A DNA stretch of 64,000 bases from Eledone cirrhosa (Eukaryota): positions 63,054,001 to 63,118,000 of the forward strand of contig OZ024740.1 in NCBI GenBank assembly GCA_964016885.1. The letters run 5' to 3'. Positions 1 through 10,825 of this stretch are shown here, piece by piece. Each line of letters starts with the position of its first letter. Position 1 is the first letter of the stretch. The translations under genes and the position numbers were made by a program. The notes under the pieces are model-generated. The model ran no database searches. It was given only the letters and a program-made list of their open reading frames with translations, and was not told the origin of the DNA.

Positions 1-45
1 GAATTATAACATTACTTATGTCATTATCTGTAAACCAATTATTGT

Positions 46-104
46 ATTTTATCTGACGATAGCGTACCAAAATACTGGTACCCTTGAAATATATATAATA
101 AAAT
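46..104 (+). ncRNA. Minimal type I hammerhead ribozyme motif in a PLE pseudo-LTR (family A)
   Basis: attttat-CTGACGA-(gtacca/tggtac stem II)-GAAA-tatata-TA-ataaaat; stem I pairs and loop 3 is palindromic. Confidence 0.75.
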
Positions 105-137
105 AAATATGTTTTTTATAAAGATAGTTTCCATTTA

Positions 138-286
<149 letters not shown>

Positions 287-334
287 ACACACACACATAC
301 ATACACACACACATATATATATATATGTATATGT

Positions 335-515
335 AGGAGGTGAGTTTTATTGTAGTACAATAAAGCAATGCAGATATCGGATAAGAAGCACTCTACAGTT
401 TGTGGGACTGGAGTATGCATAATATAAGATCAAAAGATGGTTAAAGGAGTTCAATATATTTTATTATGCGCATTTCAAAAACAAACATCATCAAACAATA
501 ATATTTGTGTTTTCA
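335..515 (-). mobile_element. PLE pseudo-LTR fragment with variant HHR (TTGATGA...GAAA-TGCGCA-TA) and 3' tail
   Basis: Minus strand 503-457 reads attattgtTTGATGAtgtttgtttttGAAATGCGCATAataaaat; flanked by (TA)n; stem II weak. Confidence 0.5.
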
Positions 516-541
516 TTATATATATATGTATATATATATAT

Positions 542-738
542 AAGTTCATCTCGGGTGTTCAATCGGGGGTAACCACAGTAAGTAAGGTACTCAATACATA
601 GCAGAGTATAAATATTTGATATAGAAAGGCTTCTATAGGACTATAACTGTTTCATTCGGTAGAAATCATCAGGAAGCCCTGGCTCCCTGATGATTTCTAC
701 CGAATGAAACAGTTACAGTACTGTAGAAGCCTTTCTAT
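542..738. mobile_element. Inverted PLE pseudo-LTR pair with two HHRs (628-678 minus, 681-731 plus); tail on left arm
   Basis: ggct(t/c)c-CTGATGA-tttctaccgaat-GAAACAGT..ACTG-TA-gaagcc; arms are reverse complements; (TA)n on both sides; tail recurs at about 55824-55904. Confidence 0.8.
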
Positions 739-797
739 ATATATATATATATATTAATAATATACGTGAAGACTAAAATCTGAAGGAGGCTTGATGA

Positions 798-890
<93 letters not shown>

Positions 891-895
<5 letters not shown>

Positions 896-1153
896 ATACT
901 TTGGGAGGGTCATGTTGCCAATAAGAAACACACGCACCAGTTGCTTTCACTTCAATTTATTATAATAAATTTATAAATTTAAGAATTTATAAATTTATAA
1001 ATTCCTAAATTTATAAATTTATTATAATAAATTGAAGTGAAAGCAACTGGTGCGTGTGTTTCTTATTGGCAACATGACCCTCCCAAAGTATAACAATATC
1101 GGTTTCAACACACGATTTCAGATAAAGAATCTTGCTAAACAAATTCAGAAACG

Positions 1154-1156
<3 letters not shown>
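891..1156. mobile_element. Inverted pair of 3' ends of the autonomous PLE family
   Basis: Arms match 13107-13171 and 13107-13234 of the tandem element; the two outward-facing ends are ...aagtataacaa and ...cagaaacgaaa, each abutting (TA)n. Confidence 0.9.
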
Positions 1157-1217
<61 letters not shown>

Positions 1218-1371
1218 CCCGTAGAGCAAATATTTATCATAAGAATAGATTAAAGTATAAACAAAGAATCGCTACTTATAATAAATATTTACTCTATGGG
1301 TTTCCCCCATGTTCTTCCTCCATTTCCTCTCTTTCCTTTTCTCTCTCCTTTTTTCTCTCTTTCTCTCTCCT

Positions 1372-1487
1372 TTTCCACCTGGCCGTTTGATTAATAAAAG
1401 GCCTCGGGCGCACCCAAACTACACCGATGTCCTGTAATTCAGCGCCGAAACATCGGTTCAGGATACATTTACAGCTGACGATGGGAA
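1372..1487 (+). ncRNA. Candidate strand-permuted (pseudoknotted) hammerhead ribozyme, family 1 copy 1
   Basis: GGCGC/GCGCC (II), ACCGATGT/ACATCGGT (III), GTC site, CTGTAA/TTACAG (I); GAAA lies upstream of CTGACGA. Confidence 0.65.
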
Positions 1488-2162
1488 CTTCCTTTCTCCT
1501 CCTGTTCCGTCCTAACCACCATCCTAAACATTGTTTTTAGTAACCACACAGCTCCTTTCGTTTCATAACTTTTTGTATTTACTGCTGTGACCCTACCTAC
1601 TTTGTTCGACCTGTGTACCCTCCACACTTTCTCATCGACCCTCCTTTTTCTCTTCCCTTCTCCTCCTCACTCTCGTTTTTATTCTCTCTCCCTCTCTCTC
1701 TCTATCCATCCGTTCGGTTTTGATTGTTGACATGTTTACATGTGCCGTGGTGGCCTCTCTGTCCGCAATCTTTGCGGCACGTTTTTACCACCGTCGTAAA
1801 TAAACCCTTCTGGATTATCTCCCTTTCCCTTCTCCTCCTCATTTTTGGTTGCCCGTGTCTCTCTCTCACTTTCTCCTGTTTATGTGAGAGGCAGCACGAT
1901 TATACCAGCTCTGAGTCGTAACTGACCACCAGGCTAAAGTCTCCCAGGTTGGCCACAACTTACTTTCCCAATTTTTCCACGGTTGCTTTTTTTGCCTGTT
2001 TCTTTCACCTGTGTCTTCCTACGATATGATCTGTACACTTATTTTTCTTCTATTCCTTTCCTATTTTTCCCCTTCTTCCTCTCACCTCACCCCCCCCCCT
2101 GTTCTTCCTCCTTTCCATCTCTTTCCTTTTCTCTCTCCTTTTTTTCTCTCTTTCTCTCTCCT

Positions 2163-2276
2163 TTTCCACCTGGCCTTTTGATTAATAAAAGGCCTCGGGC
2201 GCACCCAAACTACACCGATGTCCTGTAATTCAGCGCCGAAACATCGGTTCGGGATACATTTACAGCTGATGATGGA
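2163..2276 (+). ncRNA. Candidate strand-permuted hammerhead ribozyme, family 1 copy 2
   Basis: Same helices; core CTGATGA 2266-2272, GAAA 2238-2241, GTC 2220-2222. Confidence 0.65.
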
Positions 2277-2540
2277 CACTCCTTTCTTCCTTTCTCCTCC
2301 TGTTCCGTCCTAACCACCATCCTAAACCTTGTTTTTAGTAACCACAGAGCTCCTTTCGTTTCATAACTTTATATATACAGTATATAGATATAGATATATA
2401 TATATAAATATAATCCTCGTCGAGCCCTCTTCGGATTTTAGTCTTCACACTTCTGAAACTCAGATGATCCCGTTAAGGGTGAAAGCAGCGATTCTTTTGC
2501 TTAAACATTAATCTGTTCTTTTAATATATATATATATATA

Positions 2541-4478
2541 TTTAATTATTTAGTTTTGTTGGTTTACCATTGGATAGAATTATTCATTCTGTATAGTCAA
2601 CATCGATGTAATATTATGGAGAGCACTTAACGTAATGCAACTCACCCGTCTTCGTTTGTGTAGTTGGTGGTGCGAGTACGGAGTTAATTATTATAAAATA
2701 ACAGGAGGCTGGACTGGTGTAATTCCTTGAAAGGTTTATTATACTATGATCATTTCAATGACCGGGTTCAGTATGAATCCGGTGACATCATCAGGTATAT
2801 AAAATATAACAAAGGAATATAATAGACAAAATCCATGGGGCTGAAAATCAGAGGCATGAGGGCGACCGAACATTTAGCAGCTTCTACCCCGGTCGGCCGC
2901 CCTCAAGTGGTGATTATTAAGCCTACTTATGTCCATCTGGTGAAGAGGCGTAGGCTTATAATGTACTACTACCACCCCGTCAAAGACATAGGCAAGCGTT
3001 GAGATCAGGTTACAATCAAGCTGGTCAAGCGTGCTAGAAAGTGCCGCGAAAAATATTATTTTAAAGAACATATATCTCTTCAACAAAGCTACATATAGTA
3101 ATATATAGTGGGAGTCTGCATGGTATAATGTATGGACAGAAATTACGATTAACAATTAGAAGCATTAAATTTATGTTTAGGTTTAGAAGATGCCATTTAA
3201 GATGAAATTATAAAAATAAGGTTTCGGTTTAAAGCTAAGAGATTAAGTTAAAGGAATTTACAGAAGGAGGCTTTTATGAAAAAGTTAAAGTATATTATAG
3301 ATAGTCACGATAAAGTTTCAGGGTAGAATATAGAGTAAAGATTAAGCCCATGCTTATCGGTCAATAATCAGCGACGTTACAGACCACCGGCCAGCCCGGG
3401 GCCCAACGTCGTGCAGCCGTTCCGAGTATTATCGTCTAGCGAAAGAAATGGAAATTTATTTTTCGGAGAACTCCAGGAATGTAACTGTCTTAAGCGACCC
3501 GAATGTAACTGTCTTAAGCGACCCGAGCGCCTGACGTGCAGACGGGAAAGCCACCACATCCGTCAGATCATCACGTGTACCAAACGATTATTAGTTATTC
3601 ACACCCGTGATGTGAAGTTGAAAGTGGTAAAATCTGATGAAATGTGCAAATAGACTATAATTAGGCCCCAATTAGTCCGGGTTATATGTAGTGTGATTCT
3701 TGGGTGGGTAGGGGGAGTGTATAAAGATAAACAGATACAAGGGTACAGAGAGTAATATTCTAGGGTCGTGTGCTAATGAGTACAATGATAAGTATATAAT
3801 GATAGTAAAGCGAGTAAATAAATACATATTGACCGCTAAGCATGGGCTTAATCTTTACTTTATATTCTACCCTGAAACTTTATCGTGACTATCTATAATA
3901 CATTTAAACTTTTTCACAAAAGCCCCCTTCTGTAAATTCATTTAACTTAATCTCTTAGCTTTAAACCTAAACCTTATTTTTATAATTTCATCTTAAATGG
4001 CATCTTCTAACGCTTCTAATTGTTAATCGTAATTTCTGTCCATACATTACACCATGCAGACTCCCACTATATATTACTATATGTAGCTTTGTTGAAGAGA
4101 TATATGTTCTTTGAAATAATATTTTTCGCGGCACTTTCTAGCACTCATGACCAGCTTGATTGTAACCTGATCTCAACGCTTGCCTATGTCTTTGACGGGG
4201 TGGTAGTAGTACATTATAAGCCTACGCCCCTTCACCAGATGGACATAAGTAGGCTTAATAATCAACACTTGAGGGCGGCCGACTGGGGTAGAAGCTGCTA
4301 ATTGTTCGGTCGCCCACATGTCTCTGATTTTCAGCCCCATGGATTTTGTCTATTATATTCCTTTGCTATATTTTATATACCTGATGATGTCACCAGATTC
4401 ATACTGAACCCGGTCATTGAAATAATCATTGTATAATAAACCTTTCAAGGAATTACACCAGTCCAGCCTCCTGTTATT

Positions 4479-4484
<6 letters not shown>
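2541..4484. mobile_element. Large inverted PLE pseudo-LTR insertion (arms about 2690-3365 and 3828-4484) with HHRs at 2740-2798 (-) and 4376-4435 (+)
   Basis: tatac-CTGATGA-tgtcaccggattca..tgaacccggtcatt-GAAA-tgatca-TA-gtata; arms are reverse complements; left arm has an extra tail. Confidence 0.8.
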
Positions 4485-4553
<69 letters not shown>

Positions 4554-6661
4554 GTTATATAGTAAGGTGTATTATTGGTTGTGTCAAACGGTCCAATAAT
4601 TTTTTGTTAGCAATATTAAGTTCTCCATGCTTTTGTATATCTCCAATTCCATTTATGGGAACAGCTAGATGATGTAAAACGGAGTATTTGTATCAAAATA
4701 AGGATCCGAAGGCATGGTATAAATTTCCAATCATTTTAATTGTTATACTCTATATCACGCTGAATCTCCCTAAGAACTACGTTAAAGATATGAATGTATT
4801 TGAGATCCTCAGCTTCTTGTACGTTTATTTCATTCAGAACCGACGGAGGACCAACATACACGTGCACACATCACAATTGAGCAGGGAATATTGATTACTT
4901 AATCACATAATTGATTTATATATATTGTTAACATGCCGTTTAAAGTAACGTTTGAGATCAAATGAAAATATAACGCTTCATCGCGAGAGGGAATTTTTAT
5001 TGCATTCACCAGAGTGTTTTAACTTAATTAGAGTATCAGGCGAATAGGTCAATTGAGAAATAGTGCTTAAATTTTGATTAAGAAGCAATGTTCTAATTTT
5101 AGTTGAGCAGTGCTCTAGTTTTAAAACCAACAGACTATTAATTAATAGAAGAGATGCAGAAGAAAGGAAATTATGCATATCATTTCCTATTGATGAACGT
5201 CCAGAAATAGGACAAATGGTATTTCATTGAATGAGCATACACATTGTACTCTCATACATCCTTTTGACATATTTACTACATTTTGAAAATATTTCATTTG
5301 TTTTTAGAGGAAATGTAACAGCCGAACCTCATGTTGAAAATATTTAGGATTGATTTCTAACTTTGGTTCAGCTTTACAAAAGGTGTGAATGAAGCTAACC
5401 CAATATATTAATGACAGTTTTATGATAGACCAAGAGGTGAAATCAATATTGGTTGTTTTGCTGATTTCTGAACGTATAGAAACCTAACTAAATAGCGCTA
5501 GTATTAAGTATGACATTATTCTCCCTCGGGGCTCTTAGGGGATAGTTGTATTAATTGATAAAGTATCTCGAATATTGATTTTAAGTGAATATGGATTGTA
5601 AGGAAAGTATTATTTGAACTCAAAATTGCCTTCATGTTTGCTGAACCCGTGACATTTACCTCTTTTGAAATCATGTGAGTTAGAGAACAAAGAATCTTCG
5701 GACGCAGCTGCAAAATATTTGCTTTACTTGGCACTACTCCTCATGCTCTAAACAAACGACTTATTCGTTGTCATTTCTTTAGTGAATACATTCTAAAAAC
5801 ACGAGTTTTGATTTTTCTCGTGTGACTATGTCTTGTCTCACAAAAAGCATAATCAATCCATTGGTTTTATTAACCTCTAACTATTCTTTCTCGTTTTTCT
5901 TCCCTTTCTTCCCTATCTAAAAACGAATATGTGCATTCACATTCTTACATCTCCCGAAAAAACAAAACAAAACAGTTTAACATAACAACAACTAAGTGCA
6001 GATTTATTGCTCTCACCTTCAACAACTTTAAGAGGATGATGACAAATGTAAAATATTATTAGATTATTACGTAACGAGCTCCCTTCCGGTGCAGCTAATA
6101 ACACGCAAAAATAAAGAGGGTGTCCCCCCAAAAAATGTATATACACTTTCATTACCTGTACCGGCAATATTTATTAGAACGAACTGCCTTTGTGTATACA
6201 TTTTTGGGACCTTGTATATCAAAGAGAATTACCTTAAATAACAGGTAATAGTCTAGGAATATCTGAAATGCATCAACTTCTTAAAATGAAAACATTTTGT
6301 CATTATAATTTTCTATTATAATTTTCTATTCCCATGCACTGGAATATCCTCTAAACGTATTCTCATCCAATAAATCATTTCATAACCATGGTGTCATATT
6401 CTGTTGTAATGCTTTCTCTTCTAAATGTTTGAGTATCTTATAACATAAATGAGAATGCAAATTAGGAAACCTTCTAATATTTTACTTTTAAATCAATTAC
6501 ACAGACATCTCTGGCGTGCTGATATGTACGAATGACGAGTGATTGCATTCTTATTTTTAATTAAATGTGATCAATGAACTGTGATGATACTTTATATCGA
6601 TTTACAAAATTGTATAATCAACTTCATAAGTTAAAAGAATTATTCTGAACCTGCTATATGG

Positions 6662-6816
6662 AATAAGACAAAATGCAAGAGGTGCAAGTCTGATAATGTC
6701 AGAAAACAGCAAAACATCAAAGGAAACAGCAAAACATCAAAGGAAACAAGATAAATGTTATCAGTTTAACGCTTGATGGAAATAAAGGAGTGCCTTTTCA
6801 TCTCTCTTTCTCTCTC

Positions 6817-6848
<32 letters not shown>

Positions 6849-6968
6849 GGATGAAAAGGCACTCCATTATTTCCATAAAGCGTTAAACTGTTGACATTTA
6901 TCTTGTTTCCTTTGACGTTTTGCTGTTTTCTGACATTATCAGACTTGCACTACCTGCATTGTGTCTTA
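6662..6968. repeat. Inverted repeat centred on (CT)n/(GA)n
   Basis: 6662-6816 is the reverse complement of about 6835-6968, with a small internal duplication. Confidence 0.7.
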
Positions 6969-7062
6969 TATATATATAAATATGAAAATATACAGGACCT
7001 CGATGGCTGAGCTCCGGCCGTTTCGACTCTTAGATCCGAACACACACCCACACACACAGAGA

Positions 7063-7114
<52 letters not shown>

Positions 7115-7135
7115 TATATTGGTAAAAGGAAATAT

Positions 7136-7223
<88 letters not shown>

Positions 7224-7228
<5 letters not shown>

Positions 7229-7343
7229 TAAAAGGAAAAGAAAATGCTGACAAATTGTTCCCAGTGAAAAATAGTTTTGTCAGCATTTTCTTTTCCTTTT
7301 ACCAATATATCATAACTCGTGTGTTACACCTCTATTCTTTTAA
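7224..7343. mobile_element. Short inverted pseudo-LTR pair with tail (same family as 31556-31986 and 54266-54454)
   Basis: ttggtaaaaggaaaagaaaatgctgacaaa / tttgtcagcattttcttttccttttaccaa plus tail aactcgtgtgttacacctctattc. Confidence 0.75.
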
Positions 7344-7367
7344 ATATATATATATATATATATATAT

Positions 7368-7999
7368 ATCTTTAAAGCGAAGAAATACCAAGGAAAGCTG
7401 GAGGATCACTGATGAAGGACTTATTTTATTTCTATGTAACCCATGTGCAGCCACGCAGCACGCCATTTTTCATATATTTATATTTTTTCCTCCGCTGCAA
7501 CCTGTCTGTTTCTTTCTTACTGCTTCCCCTTTCTCTGTATCTCTCACCTTCTTTTTACCCCCTCTGCCAGTCACTCTCTCTCCGCTGGCCTCTTCCTCAC
7601 ACTTTCACTCACTCACTCTCTGCTTCTCCCTCTCTCACTTCCTCCCGTTTAACCTGTGTGAAATCCTTTTCTCGCTCACATCTCACACAGGTGGGATGGT
7701 CTTTATCTCTCCTCGTCTAAGATTTCACCGAACTTAAGTTCACAGATATTACGGACTTGTTTCTCCTCTTCCTATCTTTCCGTTGCATTACCATCTATGT
7801 TTGTTTACATGTCTCGCTCGCTTCACCCTATTTTACGTGTCCCAATAACTTTCTTTAGTTATTGCTCGCACCAACCAGAGGTATATGATCTTTAAAGCGA
7901 AGAAATACCAATGAAGGCTGGAAGATCACTGATGAAGGACTAATTTTATTCATATGTAACCCATGTGCAACGACGCAGCACGCCATTTTTCATATTTAT
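7368..7999 (+). mobile_element. Non-autonomous retrozyme/PLE-like element with direct repeats (period 520 bp)
   Basis: 7368-7480 repeated at 7888-7999; pyrimidine-rich interior; (TA)n flanks. Confidence 0.7.
7839..7940 (+). ncRNA. Candidate strand-permuted hammerhead ribozyme, family 2
   Basis: GTCC/GGAC, hairpin CAATAACT/AGTTATTG, TCGC/GCGA (II), GGTAT/ATACC (III), ATA site, TGATCTT/AAGATCA (I); GAAA lies upstream of CTGATGA. Confidence 0.65.
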
Positions 8000-8018
8000 A
8001 TATATATATATATATATA

Positions 8019-8290
8019 TAAGGAAAAAAGATGAAATCGAAAATGCAACAGTAGTCTTTTTTTTTTTAAATATATATATTTATTTGGTTCCTTTACCATC
8101 TCAACTCTACTTTTGAAAAGCAGAAGAACTGCGAAACCGGTAAAGGAACCAAATAAATATATATATTAAAAAAAAAAAAGACTCCAGTTGTATTTTCAAT
8201 TTCATCTTTTTTCCTTATACTTTCACTCGTGTAGGACACCTCGGTTATTTTTCATTTTGTGAAAAAAAAAATACCTCACTTTCTAATTTA
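8019..8290. mobile_element. Inverted pseudo-LTR pair with U3-A8 variant HHR at 8110-8145 (+)
   Basis: ctt-TTGAAAA-gcag aagaa ctgc-GAAA-CCGG-TA-aag; homologous copy at 48915-49040 (-). Confidence 0.65.
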
Positions 8291-8311
8291 TATCCACCAC
8301 CATAAAAATAA

Positions 8312-8500
8312 TAATTGTTTCTACTATTGGCACAAGGCCACCGATTATCCAGTACATTACTGGTACTTTATTTTATCGACCCCATAAGGATGAAAGGCAA
8401 AGTTAACCTCGGCGGGATTTGAACTCAGAATGGCAAGGGCCGTAACTCTATGCATCAAAGCATGGTGTCCGACCCTCTACCGATACTGGCAATCCACCGG
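8312..8500 (-). mobile_element. tRNA-derived SINE
   Basis: A/B-box-like tggcagtatcgg / gagttcaaatccc and central domain ctttgcctttcatcctt..gggtcgataaaataaagtaccagt; further copies at 41.6 and 58.9 kb. Confidence 0.75.
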
Positions 8501-9503
8501 CATGGAAGAAAATATAATATATCAACAGCAACCTCATCATCGTTATTGTTTTTACATCTGTTCCTTGTTTAGCAGGATTCTCCAGCCAGATGCTAGAGAA
8601 ACTTGCCAGAAAAAGATCCTCCTTAATGTCAACCTATTATTAATTTTAAGTATGTTACATGCTGCAGATACTCATCAAATTGCTACATTACACGATATAT
8701 TGTTTATGGGGGACATACGCAACGGTATTTACAGGCATTATAAGCAGTGTCAATATGACATTAACCGTGACTGACATATACTCACACATTTCATCATCAT
8801 CATCATGTTATGTCGGTTGTCCATATTGGTGTGGGTTAGACAGGTTATCACGGTCTAGGTCGGTTCTTATTCAGAGTTACTGACCTCGTAGATGAGTTGG
8901 GACAATGCGAAATAGATTATACAAATATTAAACCAAACTTTAAGAAGATAGCGGCGTCTAATAAGTGGCAACATTCTGCATGAATTTAATTTTATCATTT
9001 TCTTTCACAAGCATTACAAATTTATATCAATTTTAAAAAAAAAAACATTGACCTTTGCCTTCCCCTGGGAAAGCAGCTGTGATGTGGAAAGCAGAGATTA
9101 GTTTGCATGGGCGACAGAGGGTCTTCCTCAAAAAGCCTTGCCAAGTCTCACACTATTTAGATGAACGTTTCAGTTGCTTCATTCATCAAAGAAGAATGGT
9201 TCCTCATATGATCCTGTTACAGGCCATAGCACATATACACTTTAGGAATGGCTGTAATATGCTCTACTGTGGAATGTGGAGTTTGTGTTCACTGGTCTTT
9301 CGCAAACATGGAAGCTTTTGCCTGCGACATATCTACTCACTTACATAATGGTGTTAACGTCTGATGACGTCACACCGGTGCCAGTTGGTATTGCAATGAT
9401 TTGCTAATAGTTGCACACTGATGTCACTGAAATACGTATATTCCAATAGCTATAATTATGTAATATCTGCCGAAACGTTTCATTCATATATATATATATA
9501 TAT

Positions 9504-9929
9504 ATTACAAAATAACAGGAGGTATGTTCTGGTGTAAATCCTTGAAAGGTTTATTTTACTATGATCATTTCAATGACCGGGTTCAGTATGAAAATAGCTG
9601 CTAAAATACCGGCCACCCTCTTGTCTCTGATTTAAAAACCAAGGATTTTTATCTGCTATATTCCTTCGTTATATTTTGAATTACCTGATGATGTCACCGG
9701 ATTCATACTGAACCGGTCATTGAAATGATCATGGTATAATAAACCTTTCAAGGATTTACACCAGAACATGCCTCCTGTTATTTTGTAATAATTAACTCCG
9801 TACTCGCACCACCATCTACACAAACGAAGACGGGGGGTTGCATTACGTTGAGTGCTTTCCATAACATTACATCGTGGCTGACCACACAGAATGATCAGTT
9901 CTATCCAGTGGTGAACCAACAAACCCAAA
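9504..9929. mobile_element. Inverted pseudo-LTR pair, HHR at 9681-9737 (+), tail on right arm (related to 2541-4484)
   Basis: tac-CTGATGA-..-GAAA-TGATCA-t; homologous to 2541-2800. Confidence 0.8.
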
Positions 9930-9968
9930 TATATATATATATATGTGTGTGTGTATATATATATATAT

Positions 9969-10617
9969 AGAAGTGTGCTAAGCAGCCGAAGTGGACGATA
10001 AAGTTATATCTGTATAATCGGACGGTGCCAATCTGCACATAAATATACATATTTTCTTTAATATGTAGATATGTAAACATCCTAGAAAATACGAATTTCC
10101 CTGTCAATTAAAAATATTATATATATATATATATATATATAATATTTTTAATTGACAGGGAAATTCGTATTTTCTAGGATGTTTACATATCTACATATTA
10201 AAGAAAATATGTATATTTATGTGCAGATTGGCACCGTCCGATTATACAGATATAACTTTATCGTCCACTTCGGCTGCTTAGCACACTTCTTAATTAGCTA
10301 CCAACAAAAGCACTAATTATATGCAAAATAGCACGCCCATTTTAGAATACTACTGAGTGCGAGTGGGTATTTAAACTAAGCAAATACGTGTTTCCTTGTG
10401 GTTGTTTATAAAATATACACACCTCCTCATGAAGACCCAAGTGGGTCTGAAAATCGATTACAGGGGAATCGTATTTTCTGGCATGTTTATATGTCTACAT
10501 ATTAATAAAAATGTGTATTTATATACACATTGGCGCAATCTTAGTTACTCACCCTATATATATATATATGGAAATATAACTTTATCGTACAATTCAACTG
10601 CTTAGCGCACTTCTTTC
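9969..10617. mobile_element. Inverted plus direct pseudo-LTR copies; decayed HHR at 10422-10466
   Basis: 9970-10118 is the reverse complement of 10141-10290; diverged direct copy to 10614; CTCATGA-agaccc aagt gggtct-GAAA-ATCGAT-TA. Confidence 0.65.
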
Positions 10618-10640
10618 TATATATATATATATATATATAT

Positions 10641-10769
10641 GAATGAAAAATAGGGAGCTGTGTTGTTGCAAATAGGATATATATAATAAATAAAGAATTA
10701 GAAATAGAAGCCAGGAATATCCGTCATCAGTAGATATTCCTGGCTTCTATTTCTAATTCTTCATTTATT
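10641..10769. mobile_element. Short inverted pair whose minus arm starts at CTGATGA-CGGA and ends in the tail shared with the permuted-HHR families
   Basis: Minus strand: taCTGATGAcggat...caacaacacagctccctatttttcat. Confidence 0.6.
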
Positions 10770-10825
10770 ATATATATATATATATATATATATTTCGTTT
10801 CTGAATTTGTTTAGCAAGATTCTTT

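Larger units (their letters stand above)
1304..2370 (+). mobile_element. Non-autonomous retrozyme/PLE-like element with direct repeats (period about 791 bp)
   Basis: About 1304-1571 repeated at about 2095-2370; pyrimidine-rich interior; no ORF; ends ...acagctcctttcgtttcataacttt(TA)n. Confidence 0.65.

Noticed and set aside
1430-1463. Alternative pairing TCCTG/CAGGA within the family-1 permuted motif
   Set aside because: No equivalent pairing in family 2; kept only as a possible competing fold.
2874-4301. Two near-identical 93-aa ORFs on opposite strands
   Set aside because: By-product of the inverted pseudo-LTR arms; TTG start and no recognisable domain.
5660-5706. Possible short host exon on the minus strand (ttttgcag|...|gtaaat)
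   Set aside because: Splice-like signals only; no homology or neighbouring exons that I can support.
9052-9427. GC-richer unique stretch, possible exon
   Set aside because: No convincing reading frame or recognisable protein.
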